From: a virus
Lineage: Duplodnaviria; Caudoviricetes
Reading direction: 5' to 3' (one strand)
Virus record (IMG/VR): IMGVR_UViG_3300033407_000029
Location: 1-49,244 of that record
Length of the DNA: 49,244 nucleotides
The translations under genes were made by a program, and so were the position numbers. The notes beneath the pieces are model-generated. The model was not told the origin of the DNA. It saw nothing but the letters and a program-made list of their open reading frames with translations, and made no database searches. Below are positions 7,706 through 16,249 of this stretch, piece by piece (the stretch's first letter is position 1; each line of letters opens with the position of its first letter).

Positions 7706-9402
7706 AACAGGTTGTCAGTTGCCCGCACGCCGCCGCCTTCCAAGACGACGAGTTGCTTGGCCTTGAGTCGCTGCAAGTACGCATCCCGCGTCGAGCGCTT
7801 GTAGCCTGTCTCTTCCGAGATCGATTCGCGATCCGCCACATCGGGATGCACGTCGATGAGAAAATCAAGGACAGCCCGCTCCCCCTCGGGAAGTTGCTGC
7901 CGCCAGTAATCTTGTAGCGCCTCGCCGGTCGGCAATGGTTCGTAGTCTGGGAGGGCGGCTACGCCCTCATCGGTGGCCACGCAAAGATTGCCGTCCGTGT
8001 TCACCAGCCCCTTTTCGCGGAGTCGTTGCAGGTAGGCGTCGCGAGTGGAGCGCTTGTAGCCGGCGAGCACGGTCAGTTGCTCGCGAGACAGCCCTTCGGG
8101 GAACTGAATTAGCGGGGCGAGCACCTTGCGTTCGCCGATTGGAAGATGTCCGCTGGCCGAATTTTCCACAGCGGCAGTTTTTCGTCCAAGACTCTCGACC
8201 TGTGTTTGTCGGGTTGAAACCGGGGCCTTGGACGAACTTCCAAGAGTTGCCGATTTTTGGGCCAACGCCGGCGGGGCGTTGACAGCCATCACCGCATCAC
8301 TGTTGACGCTCGAAAGCTGGTTGATCTTTCGCAGCGCCGAGAGCCGCGCAATGAGACTAGCTTCCATTTTTTTTAGTTCACCTTGCCAGTGCTTGTCACG
8401 CGCGGATACCGCCTGGCTCACCGCCCGCTCAATCGCCTTGTCATCCGAGACTGCCGCCGGCTTGGCGTTCAACTGCCGCTTCAACTCGGCAATCTGCCGT
8501 TTGAGTTCCGCTGGGTCGTTCGCTTTCGCTTGCTCAACGACACTGGCCAATTTAGCGCTCACTTCCTTGAGGTCGACAGCCGCCCAGCCCTTGAGCTTGA
8601 GCGTCCCGCTGTTGGCTTGCGGTGCGAAAGAATCAAACGTGCGGAACATCGGGAACGTCAATCGCTTGGGCCCGAAGTGAATTTCCGGCGACCAGACCCA
8701 CGCCTCGCCCCGCTTCATCCCGGCCAGCGTGTCGAGAACTTCCTTGCCCTTCCCGGGCTCGCCTGCGCCGTCGATCCAATCCTTGATGGCGTCTCGGTCC
8801 AGCTTGTGAATCACTCGCATGGCGACGAGAGTTTCAGCGCATGTGAGAAAATCCTTGTGCACCTTTTGCGGACGCTGCGAAGCCGACAGAAGTGTCAGCC
8901 CCTTGCCGCGGCCTTCGCTCGCCAGACGATTCGCCCAGTGGAGCATCTTGCCAGCGTCTGGGTCGAGAACCTTACCTTGCGGCGCGAAGTTGTGAACCTC
9001 GTCAATCACGATATAGCGATGGCCCCGCGTCGTGCGGAACAACGTCGACGCGAAGTCGATGAAGAATCTTGTCCGCTCGCCCACCATCCAGCCGCCCAGG
9101 TCAATGATCGCTGGGCGATTTCCGGTAGCGATGAGTTCCGCAACGGCCTTGCCGGAATGCGCATTGAGGGGAACATCGGCGCGCTCGCCGCCGAAGATCA
9201 CGACCGGATAGCCGGCAGACTTCCCGGTGGCCGATGACTTGAGCCCAAACCAGTCGCCTTTTGGGTCGATGATGCAGACCGGCAACTTATCATCCAGAAG
9301 TCTCTCGACCATGAGGCGCAGCGCCGATGACTTACCCGAGCCGGTTTTACCGAGTACCGAGATATGCTGCTTGAAAATCGCTTGTGGTAGAAGTGGCTTC
9401 AT
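7702..9402 (-). CDS. HerA/FtsK-superfamily (DUF87-like) ATPase with two tandem C-terminal winged-helix repeats
   Basis: Walker A GKTGSGKS, IIDPKGD, Walker B IVIDEVH, GRGKG Arg finger, SQRP; duplicated GYKRSTRDAYLQRL. Confidence 0.88.
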   Translation of the reverse strand: MKPLLPQAIFKQHISVLGKTGSGKSSALRLMVERLLDDKLPVCIIDPKGDWFGLKSSATGKSAGYPVVIFGGERADVPLNAHSGKAVAELIATGNRPAIIDLGGWMVGERTRFFIDFASTLFRTTRGHRYIVIDEVHNFAPQGKVLDPDAGKMLHWANRLASEGRGKGLTLLSASQRPQKVHKDFLTCAETLVAMRVIHKLDRDAIKDWIDGAGEPGKGKEVLDTLAGMKRGEAWVWSPEIHFGPKRLTFPMFRTFDSFAPQANSGTLKLKGWAAVDLKEVSAKLASVVEQAKANDPAELKRQIAELKRQLNAKPAAVSDDKAIERAVSQAVSARDKHWQGELKKMEASLIARLSALRKINQLSSVNSDAVMAVNAPPALAQKSATLGSSSKAPVSTRQTQVESLGRKTAAVENSASGHLPIGERKVLAPLIQFPEGLSREQLTVLAGYKRSTRDAYLQRLREKGLVNTDGNLCVATDEGVAALPDYEPLPTGEALQDYWRQQLPEGERAVLDFLIDVHPDVADRESISEETGYKRSTRDAYLQRLKAKQLVVLEGGGVRATDNLF

Positions 9403-9405
9403 GGT

Positions 9406-9699
9406 TCACCGATTAACCTGCGGTTGAAAGAACGGCACGCCCAGCGCGTCCTTCGGCGGATTGCCATTAGGCACCGGCGTGTCACCTTTGTCAGCCGACT
9501 TCAACTTCGCATCTTGCGCCGTGATTTTGTCGATGATGGCCTCGATGCAAAACAGGTTCATCGAAAGCCTGGCCCCCGGATCGCGGACACGCGAATTGAA
9601 TTCGATCACCGCTGCCTTAGTGCGCTCATGCAGGCTCTTCGGCATCCGCACGGTTATGACTCGAATGACTTCTAGTTCGTTGCTGTTATTCGTTTCCAT
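9406..9699 (-). CDS. Ribbon-helix-helix (Arc/HicB-C-like) DNA-binding protein
   Basis: VITVRMPKSLHER...SMNLFCIEAI. Confidence 0.7.
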   Translation of the reverse strand: METNNSNELEVIRVITVRMPKSLHERTKAAVIEFNSRVRDPGARLSMNLFCIEAIIDKITAQDAKLKSADKGDTPVPNGNPPKDALGVPFFQPQVNR

Positions 9700-9883
9700 T
9701 CTGAGAATCTCCCTTGGGTTTGTCGCGGTCGATCAATTCGCTCCGCAAAATTTTCACATACGGCGGCGCATCAATGCCCAAACACACTGCGGGCGGATCG
9801 CAGCCTTTCAACCTCGTGACCATGATGCGAATGTCGTCGCCAATCAAAATCGACTCGTTCAACTTTCTGGAAATTATCAACAC
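9686..9883 (-). CDS. csrA: Carbon storage regulator CsrA/RsmA
   Basis: MLIISRKLNESILIGDDIRIMV...VCLGIDAPPYVKILRSEL matches the family consensus; GTG start with AAGGA SD. Confidence 0.93.
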   Translation of the reverse strand: MLIISRKLNESILIGDDIRIMVTRLKGCDPPAVCLGIDAPPYVKILRSELIDRDKPKGDSQNGNE

Positions 9884-10040
9884 TGCGAATCCTTTCTTGA
9901 AAATCCATGACCAGCGACCCCGTCCGTGAGACCGCCGGTCGATTTTGCTTTACCTCGCGTGTAAACGATTCCTCAGAGGTCCGTCCCCGTTTCGTTTACC
10001 AGTTGGGTAAAGACTTTTAGCCGCCAACGTCCTGGTCAGC
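9884..10040 (-). promoter_or_regulatory. Structured GGA-rich csrA leader (putative CsrA-binding RNA)
   Basis: Seven GGA motifs within nested stems TGACCAG/CTGGTCA, CTTTACC/GGTAAAG, GTAAACGA/TCGTTTAC. Confidence 0.55.
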
Positions 10041-10050
10041 GGGTTTTCAG

Positions 10051-10275
10051 TTACCTAGCCGAACGCCTCCCAAGCCGGTCGCGCTTCTTGTCCCTGGCCC
10101 AGTCCTCACGTTCGAGGCGAGCCGCTGCGTTGAAATCGCTGTAGTCCGAACCCTCATCCGGATCATTATCAAAATACGCGCCGCACGCTTCGCATCGGTA
10201 CTGGCCGCCGCCAATCGACTTCACCCGATTCACGCGACCGCATCCCGGACATTTTGGTTTCGTGGTTGAACTCAT
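10051..10275 (-). CDS. Zinc-ribbon protein
   Basis: Start MSSTT at 10275 (GAGGAG SD); CPGC...CEAC; DNDPDEGSDY. Confidence 0.75.
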   Translation of the reverse strand: MSSTTKPKCPGCGRVNRVKSIGGGQYRCEACGAYFDNDPDEGSDYSDFNAAARLEREDWARDKKRDRLGRRSAR

Positions 10276-10323
10276 GTCTTTTCTCCTCAAGTCGTGTCGC
10301 GACTGGCGGTCAAACCGCAGCAA

Positions 10324-10659
10324 TCAGCCCTTCTGATTGACCTTCACGACTTTGACGCTCTCGACGCCCGGCTCGATGTAGTATTTTTTGCCGGACACGA
10401 TGTAGCAATCCAGTTCGTGCTCATGCAGCGCCGCGGCAATCTCTTGCAGCCGGGAATCCATCGCATCCTTGAGCGACTTTCGTTTCTCCCGGTCGGCTTG
10501 ATCGGCATTGCACAATTGATCGAGCGCGGGGATCCGCTCGTCGACGTCCTCCATGCCTTCGAGCGCATTTTGTCTTGGATTCCAAACGTCGAGTCCGTTC
10601 GCCGCCGTGGCAGTCTTGGCCGCTCCCGCTCGTTTACGTGATCTAGTTTGGGTCGCCAT
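10324..10659 (-). CDS. Hypothetical protein
   Basis: Start MATQT at 10659 after AAGGAG; helical core with a beta C-terminus. Confidence 0.7.
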   Translation of the reverse strand: MATQTRSRKRAGAAKTATAANGLDVWNPRQNALEGMEDVDERIPALDQLCNADQADREKRKSLKDAMDSRLQEIAAALHEHELDCYIVSGKKYYIEPGVESVKVVKVNQKG

Positions 10660-10688
10660 CGGTAATCTCCTTGGTTGGGTTGAAAAGT

Positions 10689-11291
10689 TCAAAACATGCT
10701 TGGTTGTGGCGTAGGCGCCACCGTTGGCGCTGGCCTCTTTTTCTTGGGGCTCTTGATCCCCAGCACTGTGTCGGCCGCTTCGCGTTGCGCCGCGATCTCA
10801 GGCTCCGCCAATCCTTCGGCCACCAGGCCGAGACGGTACAGACCGTAGGCGTCGTACTCGTCGTTCGAGCTCAATAAGACGCCGTAGCGTTTCGTGAGAT
10901 GCGCCGCGATCATGTCCTTCGTGCCTTTGCCAACGCCGGTGCAAAACTTTTTTAGCGTCGACGGCGCGACCTCGAAAATTCGCGGCGTGAGTTCGACGAG
11001 GTGCCAGCGAAGAATGCCGCCGTACTCTGCGATCCCGGAGACGGCGTTGCCCATGCTGGCGAAGCTATAGCCCTCGATGTAGACAGCGGCGATCGGACCG
11101 TCGCCAATCCAGTCCATGATCCGTGCCACCAAGTCGTCGTAGCGCGCGATGCGCCCGACCACGTTTTTGCCGCATGGCAGCGACGAGAAAACGGACAGGC
11201 TGTAACTGTCCGTGTCGGCGCCGCCCTGAATGACGGCCGTGCTGGTCAGCGACGCATCGATGGCCAGGATGTTTTTTGCGACGTCGGTCAT
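10689..11291 (-). CDS. RuvC-like Holliday junction resolvase
   Basis: ILAIDASLTSTA, VYIEGY, PSTLKKFCTG..K, NDEYDAY acidic motifs; start at 11291. Confidence 0.85.
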   Translation of the reverse strand: MTDVAKNILAIDASLTSTAVIQGGADTDSYSLSVFSSLPCGKNVVGRIARYDDLVARIMDWIGDGPIAAVYIEGYSFASMGNAVSGIAEYGGILRWHLVELTPRIFEVAPSTLKKFCTGVGKGTKDMIAAHLTKRYGVLLSSNDEYDAYGLYRLGLVAEGLAEPEIAAQREAADTVLGIKSPKKKRPAPTVAPTPQPSMF

Positions 11292-11296
11292 TTCGT

Positions 11297-11527
11297 TTAC
11301 TCCAGTACGTAGCGATGACACAGCAGCAGCTTGCCGCCCACGTCCTCGAATCGTTTTTTGCACTCCTCGTAATCTCGCCGGCTCCCCGCCAACTCGACGC
11401 ATCGGATCATGCGCGACGTGCGCGGCACCGGCTGTTCGTACACGATGCGGATGATCTCCTTCGGGGCCCGCTCGCGACTCAGGCCAAACTCGAAGGCGAT
11501 CTCGGATCGTGACGTGGTCTCGGTCAT
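11297..11527 (-). CDS. Hypothetical protein
   Basis: 76 aa; fills the gap with a 4-bp overlap. Confidence 0.6.
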   Translation of the reverse strand: MTETTSRSEIAFEFGLSRERAPKEIIRIVYEQPVPRTSRMIRCVELAGSRRDYEECKKRFEDVGGKLLLCHRYVLE

Positions 11528-11829
11528 GCACCAGAACCTTCCAAGTAAATTGCGACTTTTGACTTCACTCGAGCCGTGCGTCGAAATGCGCCATCGCTTG
11601 GCTGCGCAATGAGCCAGTGCAAATAATCGCGCGGGACGTCGTCGAGCGGCTTCCCTCTGTGCTTGCCAAATGGCAGTGTGTACGTTCCGCTAACTCGGCC
11701 TTCCGAATTACGAGCCTCAGCCACAGCGTCGATCCCGCGGCGCTCCAGTGGGATGTCGCGAACATCAGCCGGCTTGCAATCCACCAACTCCAGAAATTCC
11801 AACGTGGCAGTGTCGAATCGTTCAGTCAT
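11524..11829 (-). CDS. DUF3820-like protein
   Basis: LPFGKHRGKPLDDVPRDYLHWL motif. Confidence 0.8.
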   Translation of the reverse strand: MTERFDTATLEFLELVDCKPADVRDIPLERRGIDAVAEARNSEGRVSGTYTLPFGKHRGKPLDDVPRDYLHWLIAQPSDGAFRRTARVKSKVAIYLEGSGA

Positions 11830-12889
11830 CGTCGTCTCCCGGCGGTGCTGACGGACTATTTTTTTCGGCCTTGGCGGCGAGGTGAGTGATTAGAGGCAGG
11901 CGCACGAGTCGGCTCAGCCCTTGCCGGCGGTAGAGGCCGATTAGGAATTTCGGATTTGTCGGCGCCGCTTCGCGGATCATGGCGACCACGCCCGGCTCGT
12001 CCAGTACGTCGAGTTGGTCGCCAAATCGCGATTCGAGCTCGGCATAGCGACGGTCAGCGGTCTCGCGTTCCGCTTCGAGCTCTCGGAATTTCGCGGCCTT
12101 CTCCGCGGCTGCCTCAGCCTCGCGTTGTAACCGCTGGTCGTTGGCCGTCTGGTCCGCCTTCGCCGAGTGTGGCCACCCCTTGGTCGGATCGTGCCCCGGG
12201 CGGAACTGGACCAGGTGGTTGAACAGAACGCCCACGTCCCAGTCGGGCTTGTGGGCCTGCCAATAGGCGATCACCGCTTGGGCGTCCTCGATCGATACGC
12301 CGAATGTCTGGAGGCTGGTGATAGCATCTTTGACTCTTCCGACCCCCTCCCCTTCCAAAGAAACCACCACCACCTCCCATCCGGTGGAATCGGTTTGGTT
12401 CGGTTTAGGCTCGCAGTTTGAAGGAGGGGTAGGGGTGGTTGTTTCTTCTGTTCTCTTCTCTTCTGTAGGTAGGCGCGGCCGTAGTCGCTTTGTAGACGCC
12501 TCTATAGACGCCTCTGTAGACGCCGATGTAGACACTTGCGTTGACGATTGTCGCCACCGTCTTTGGCGTGAAGTCTTTTGTAGTCTTGACTTTGCGCCTC
12601 TTGTGATCCAGTGGTCCGCGCGTGGGAAGAAAAGAGTTCCATTCTCGACGACTAGCCATCCTGCCGTGACGACAGCATCCCAGAATTTTTGATCCTCTCC
12701 GAACAGTTCACTAAGTGTAGACACGTCACCGTCTACACGACCGTCTACGCTTTGCTCACCAGCCCATTGCCAGAACTCGACCAGTGCACCTAGCACATGT
12801 CGCCTAGATAACCCAGTTAAGTGTGCAATTTTTAGCACCTCCGGCTTGCGCGGTGTGGCCTGTTCGATGGGTGTCCAATCACCTGCCAT
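11822..12889 (-). CDS. Replication initiator / replisome organiser
   Basis: N-terminus MAGDW...KPEVLKIA..LVEFWQWA; central iteron-encoding linker; EEKRTEE motif. Confidence 0.8.
   Translation of the reverse strand: MAGDWTPIEQATPRKPEVLKIAHLTGLSRRHVLGALVEFWQWAGEQSVDGRVDGDVSTLSELFGEDQKFWDAVVTAGWLVVENGTLFFPRADHWITRGAKSRLQKTSRQRRWRQSSTQVSTSASTEASIEASTKRLRPRLPTEEKRTEETTTPTPPSNCEPKPNQTDSTGWEVVVVSLEGEGVGRVKDAITSLQTFGVSIEDAQAVIAYWQAHKPDWDVGVLFNHLVQFRPGHDPTKGWPHSAKADQTANDQRLQREAEAAAEKAAKFRELEAERETADRRYAELESRFGDQLDVLDEPGVVAMIREAAPTNPKFLIGLYRRQGLSRLVRLPLITHLAAKAEKNSPSAPPGDDDD
12491..12550. repeat. 12-bp tandem iterons (putative replication origin)
   Basis: TGTAGACGCCTC TATAGACGCCTC TGTAGACGCCGA TGTAGACACTTG plus a degenerate fifth copy; extra TGTAGAC/GTCTAC at 12716-12748. 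Confidence 0.75.
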
Positions 12890-13656
12890 TAGGGTTCCTC
12901 CCCCCGGTTCTCTTCCAGCATTGCCGACAATCGCTCGGCGAGCACTTTGTGCCGGTCTCGGATGACCTCCAGCTCGCGTGTAATGCACCTGGACTCCGGC
13001 AACTCAGTCAGCAGCTTCACAGCCTCCCCGACGTCGCCGAGGTTCCATTCGTCGGCAATCTGGATGCCAGACGCTTTCTCGAACGTGCTTACCGACTGTT
13101 TCAGTTCTTCAAACCTATGGTGGCGATCCGACCTGTGCCTCTCATTCAACTCGTCAATGGCCTTGGAAATCTGCGACGTGACTTGTCTACGAGGAACCGT
13201 GCTATCAGCGACATTTCGCATGATCGACGCCACCAGCGGCATGTCCGGGGCGACCGGCTGCAACTTAGGCGCAGCCTTGGTGGTCCGACAGGTCTTGCCG
13301 CACTCGATCAGCCCCCACGTCTCCGGAACCTCGCCCGGGAGCACCAAGCCAGTTGGCACGGCCAGATACCAATACTTACAATACTGCTGGATTTCCGCCG
13401 ACTTGTCTGGCAGAGCCAACTCTTTCAACCAGTCGCCACGGGAGACTTTGATCTCGATACCGGCCAAGTACAGCCCTCGGGACGGCCAGCACGAAATGGC
13501 GAGAGCGTCTGCATAACGAGTCACTCGTCGATCGTACCCGGTCCCGTTGCGGACCTGATTCAACAGCGCATAGGCGGGTGCGGGAAACGCCCTTTCGAGC
13601 AGCGCATAGATGTCGCCTGCAGACCACTTTTTCAGCTTTTTCGATGCTGTCGCCAC
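12889..13656 (-). CDS. MmcB-like PD-(D/E)XK nuclease
   Basis: RYADALAISCWPSRG...IEIKVSRGDW...P.K, VPETWGL. Confidence 0.8.
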   Translation of the reverse strand: MATASKKLKKWSAGDIYALLERAFPAPAYALLNQVRNGTGYDRRVTRYADALAISCWPSRGLYLAGIEIKVSRGDWLKELALPDKSAEIQQYCKYWYLAVPTGLVLPGEVPETWGLIECGKTCRTTKAAPKLQPVAPDMPLVASIMRNVADSTVPRRQVTSQISKAIDELNERHRSDRHHRFEELKQSVSTFEKASGIQIADEWNLGDVGEAVKLLTELPESRCITRELEVIRDRHKVLAERLSAMLEENRGEEP

Positions 13657-13853
13657 TATTGCCCGCTCCCTCTACTGCTGACCCCTGGTTTCGTCCTGAG
13701 CGAGGACCGACGCGGCGTAGGAATCCCACTCACCATAACACGCAACGCGATGTCGGTAGCCGAGGTAGTCAAGTCCGGCGCGGACGCCTTCATCGAGCCA
13801 GCCGACGCCTGAACAGAATGACGCTGTAGTGATAATGGGACTATCCACATCAA
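13656..13853 (-). CDS. Hypothetical protein (doubtful)
   Basis: 65 aa; overlaps both neighbours at the stop/start. Confidence 0.35.
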   Translation of the reverse strand: MMWIVPLSLQRHSVQASAGSMKASAPDLTTSATDIALRVMVSGIPTPRRSSLRTKPGVSSRGSGQ

Positions 13854-14236
13854 TCGACCCTCCCGTACTCGGCCAGCGAGGCGCCGAAGCTGTCGTGAAC
13901 GATGGGGACAGTCATCGGCTCCGTGTAACCTTCCGGCAGGTATTCGAGCCCAGCCCGCGAGCGTCGATCGCTGTACGACCAGCGGAGTTGAATGAGCCGA
14001 CAGAGGTCCGCGATTTCCTCGGGCGACGGCGCGTAGCAGAAATCACGGTATTCGACGAGTCGTGTCTGCGTGGTGCCTTCGAGGCGGACCACGACCCGAT
14101 AGGTCAACAGTCGGGTGATCCTGGCGAACTCTCCTGCCTCGACTGTCCGACAGCCGCGCACGAAGATTTGCACGCGGTCTCCGACGCGCAACTGGTGGTC
14201 CGTGAGGTCGATATCATCCGTGACTTGTCGGATCAT
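13850..14236 (-). CDS. Hypothetical protein with an SH3/KOW-like N-terminal part
   Basis: LRVGDRVQI...ITRL...VVVRL; PSPEEIA; AGGAG SD. Confidence 0.65.
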   Translation of the reverse strand: MIRQVTDDIDLTDHQLRVGDRVQIFVRGCRTVEAGEFARITRLLTYRVVVRLEGTTQTRLVEYRDFCYAPSPEEIADLCRLIQLRWSYSDRRSRAGLEYLPEGYTEPMTVPIVHDSFGASLAEYGRVD

Positions 14237-14385
14237 CCTTAACTACTCCTGAGATCAATGATTCCAGTGCCATCCGGCCAGCGCGGCCTTGCGCCAGTAC
14301 AATTTGGGGCCGCGCCGACCGGTGGATTTTGATTACAAGTTGCCATAAACCGCGTTGATCTCCCTTACTGGTATTTCGCAAAGTC

Positions 14386-14467
14386 TGCGGGCCGGAATTG
14401 CACCGGCTATCCCCAAGTTGCCTACGAGTCCAAATTCAGAGTGACGCCGGAATCAAACCGGCCCGCA
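14386..14467 (-). ncRNA. tRNA-like structured RNA, element B
   Basis: TGCGG/CCGCA closing stem, GCCGG-TTTGATT-CCGGC arm, GCAA tetraloop arm, T-arm-like GCCGG-TGCAATT-CCGGC. Confidence 0.6.
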
Positions 14468-14619
14468 TTCGATATACGCTGTGCAAGCACTTTTTACGTT
14501 CTCTTGGCGCACGTCACCGTGCGCTGCGCTCCAACCTCTATCTGGGGTTAATAGGTATCAGTGTCATTGTTGTCCCGTGGTAAAACGAAAAAGTAGGACT
14601 GTGTCATCAGGTCATAAAA

Positions 14620-14735
14620 TGCGGGCCCGGCTCATCACCGGGCTGCGCCCAAGCCCGATTTCCCTGGACGCGAGGCTTAACGGATTCGATTCGGGAGTCC
14701 TCCGTCAAAGTCTCGTCGGTTTTCCGACTACCGCA
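14620..14735 (-). ncRNA. tRNA-like structured RNA, element A
   Basis: TGCGG/CCGCA closing stem, GTCGG-AAAA-CCGAC, TGACGGA/TCCGTTA, GCGTCCAGG/CTTGGGCGC, GCCCGG-TGATGAG-CCGGGC; G-U pairs favour the minus strand. Confidence 0.65.
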
Positions 14736-14740
14736 AAAAC

Positions 14741-16186
14741 TCAGTAAACTTCCGCCCGCAGCGGACCGTCCGATGCCTCGGCAGAGAGGATCACTACTCC
14801 GGTTTCATGCGCGAACGCAACAATCTCCTGCGTGTTGGTGGGATCAAGCGATTCCCAATCCTCTTGATCGACCACGACCACGCCGCCAGCGCCGACGCGA
14901 GAAGCCACCAGCCTGACCCCCAGCTTTACACGCTCACCGTGCGACAACTCGCCGATCGGCTCGGCGCCGCGATCGGTTTTTACACGCAGCAGACCCTTTT
15001 CGACGAACAGGCCGATGTCCAAACCGCCCACGGCATCGGACAGCACGCTGTCGATGCCCAGCGCCGCGCTGCGGAAGAGGTCGGCGATCTCATCGGCCGC
15101 CTTGCCTTGCTGGCGTTCCGTGTCCGCGAGCGCCTTCGCCTTGTCGTATTCGCGGGCTTTCACGCCGAGTTCCAAGGCGGACCGGGCAGATTCCACAGTT
15201 GCATTGGCGGCGGCGATGGAAGCCTCGGAAACCGCCACAGGCGGATTAGCGGACAAAATCGCTTCAAACGAGTCGCGCATTGAGGCGTTTCTCTGCGCGG
15301 CCATGAGTGCCTGATCGGCCAATTGCTCTTGGTGCGTCGCCACGTTGTATCGCTCAGTGGCCGAGGCCACCTTGCGCTTGGCCTCTTCCAACTCGGCATT
15401 CGCCGCTTCGCGGACCCTCGTCGCCGCGACAAGATTGCCTTCGGCCGAAACGAGGTCAACCATTGGTTCTGGCAAATTATCCAGCTTGGCCTTGGCATCG
15501 GCTCGGATCCTCAGCGTGGCGGAGTAATCTTTCACCTGCTGATCGAGCCGAGACTTTTCCGAGATCGACGCCTCCAACTCCGATTGCAGCGTGGCCGAGT
15601 CCCGCTCTTGCTCTGGCCCAAACTCGGTGGCGTTGGCCATGAGGCCGGTCGCCTTTTGATGGTGGGCCACGGCTCGGGCCGCATTGTCTCTAGCCCCCTG
15701 CTCGAGTTTTCTTTTGACGCGGCCAGCGTACTCGACCAGATCCTCGCTGGGTTCCACGGCCAGCGACTCGAAAACCGGCGTGGGAATCAGCCGCGGCGTG
15801 AATAATGCTGCGTCGCCCGTGACGTCCAGAATCACCAGCAGGCTCTTGATCCGCTTGGCGTCCGCACTGGCCGGATCGTCGATGCCAGGATCAATGAATG
15901 CCGCCAGGTCGAGCTTGCCCTCAATGCTCTGAACATCCAGGTGCCCGCTCTTCGTGATCCTGGGTCCGATGTTAATGCGGGCCCCCCAGCCCTCGGCTGT
16001 CCCCTTGTCGGCCCCGTCATGGACCGTGGGCCGCTCGTCGCCGCCCAGCAGTCGTTTCACCGTGTCGAGCCCGTGCGATTTGCCAGTACCATTCGCCCCG
16101 CGTAGCAAAATGAGTCCGCCGCCCTCGGGAGTCTGAAACTCGATCGACTCGACCGCGCCGGAATTTTCAATCGTTACCGTCGCCAT
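14741..16186 (-). CDS. SMC/Rad50-like ABC ATPase with coiled coil
   Basis: Walker A GANGTGKS, long Ala-rich coiled coil, LSHGE signature, VVVDQE Walker B, SLD D-loop. Confidence 0.85.
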   Translation of the reverse strand: MATVTIENSGAVESIEFQTPEGGGLILLRGANGTGKSHGLDTVKRLLGGDERPTVHDGADKGTAEGWGARINIGPRITKSGHLDVQSIEGKLDLAAFIDPGIDDPASADAKRIKSLLVILDVTGDAALFTPRLIPTPVFESLAVEPSEDLVEYAGRVKRKLEQGARDNAARAVAHHQKATGLMANATEFGPEQERDSATLQSELEASISEKSRLDQQVKDYSATLRIRADAKAKLDNLPEPMVDLVSAEGNLVAATRVREAANAELEEAKRKVASATERYNVATHQEQLADQALMAAQRNASMRDSFEAILSANPPVAVSEASIAAANATVESARSALELGVKAREYDKAKALADTERQQGKAADEIADLFRSAALGIDSVLSDAVGGLDIGLFVEKGLLRVKTDRGAEPIGELSHGERVKLGVRLVASRVGAGGVVVVDQEDWESLDPTNTQEIVAFAHETGVVILSAEASDGPLRAEVY

Positions 16187-16249
16187 GATTCACTCGCTTT
16201 CTGAAACTGATTGGTTTGTCACCGTGCCATTTACATCACGACATCGCCG

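Noticed and set aside
9961-9971. GTAAACGATTC shared with 20321-20331
   Set aside because: Hundreds of 11-mer repeats are expected by chance in 49 kb, and the structural contexts differ
12491-12550. CRISPR array
   Set aside because: 12-bp head-to-tail repeats without spacers, inside a CDS; no repeat-spacer array or cas operon seen in the window
14386-14735. Calling elements A and B ordinary or pseudo-tRNAs, or tmRNA
   Set aside because: 5-bp closing stem, no 7-nt anticodon loop on a 5-bp stem, no TTC in the 3' arm loop and no tag ORF; kept as tRNA-like ncRNA instead
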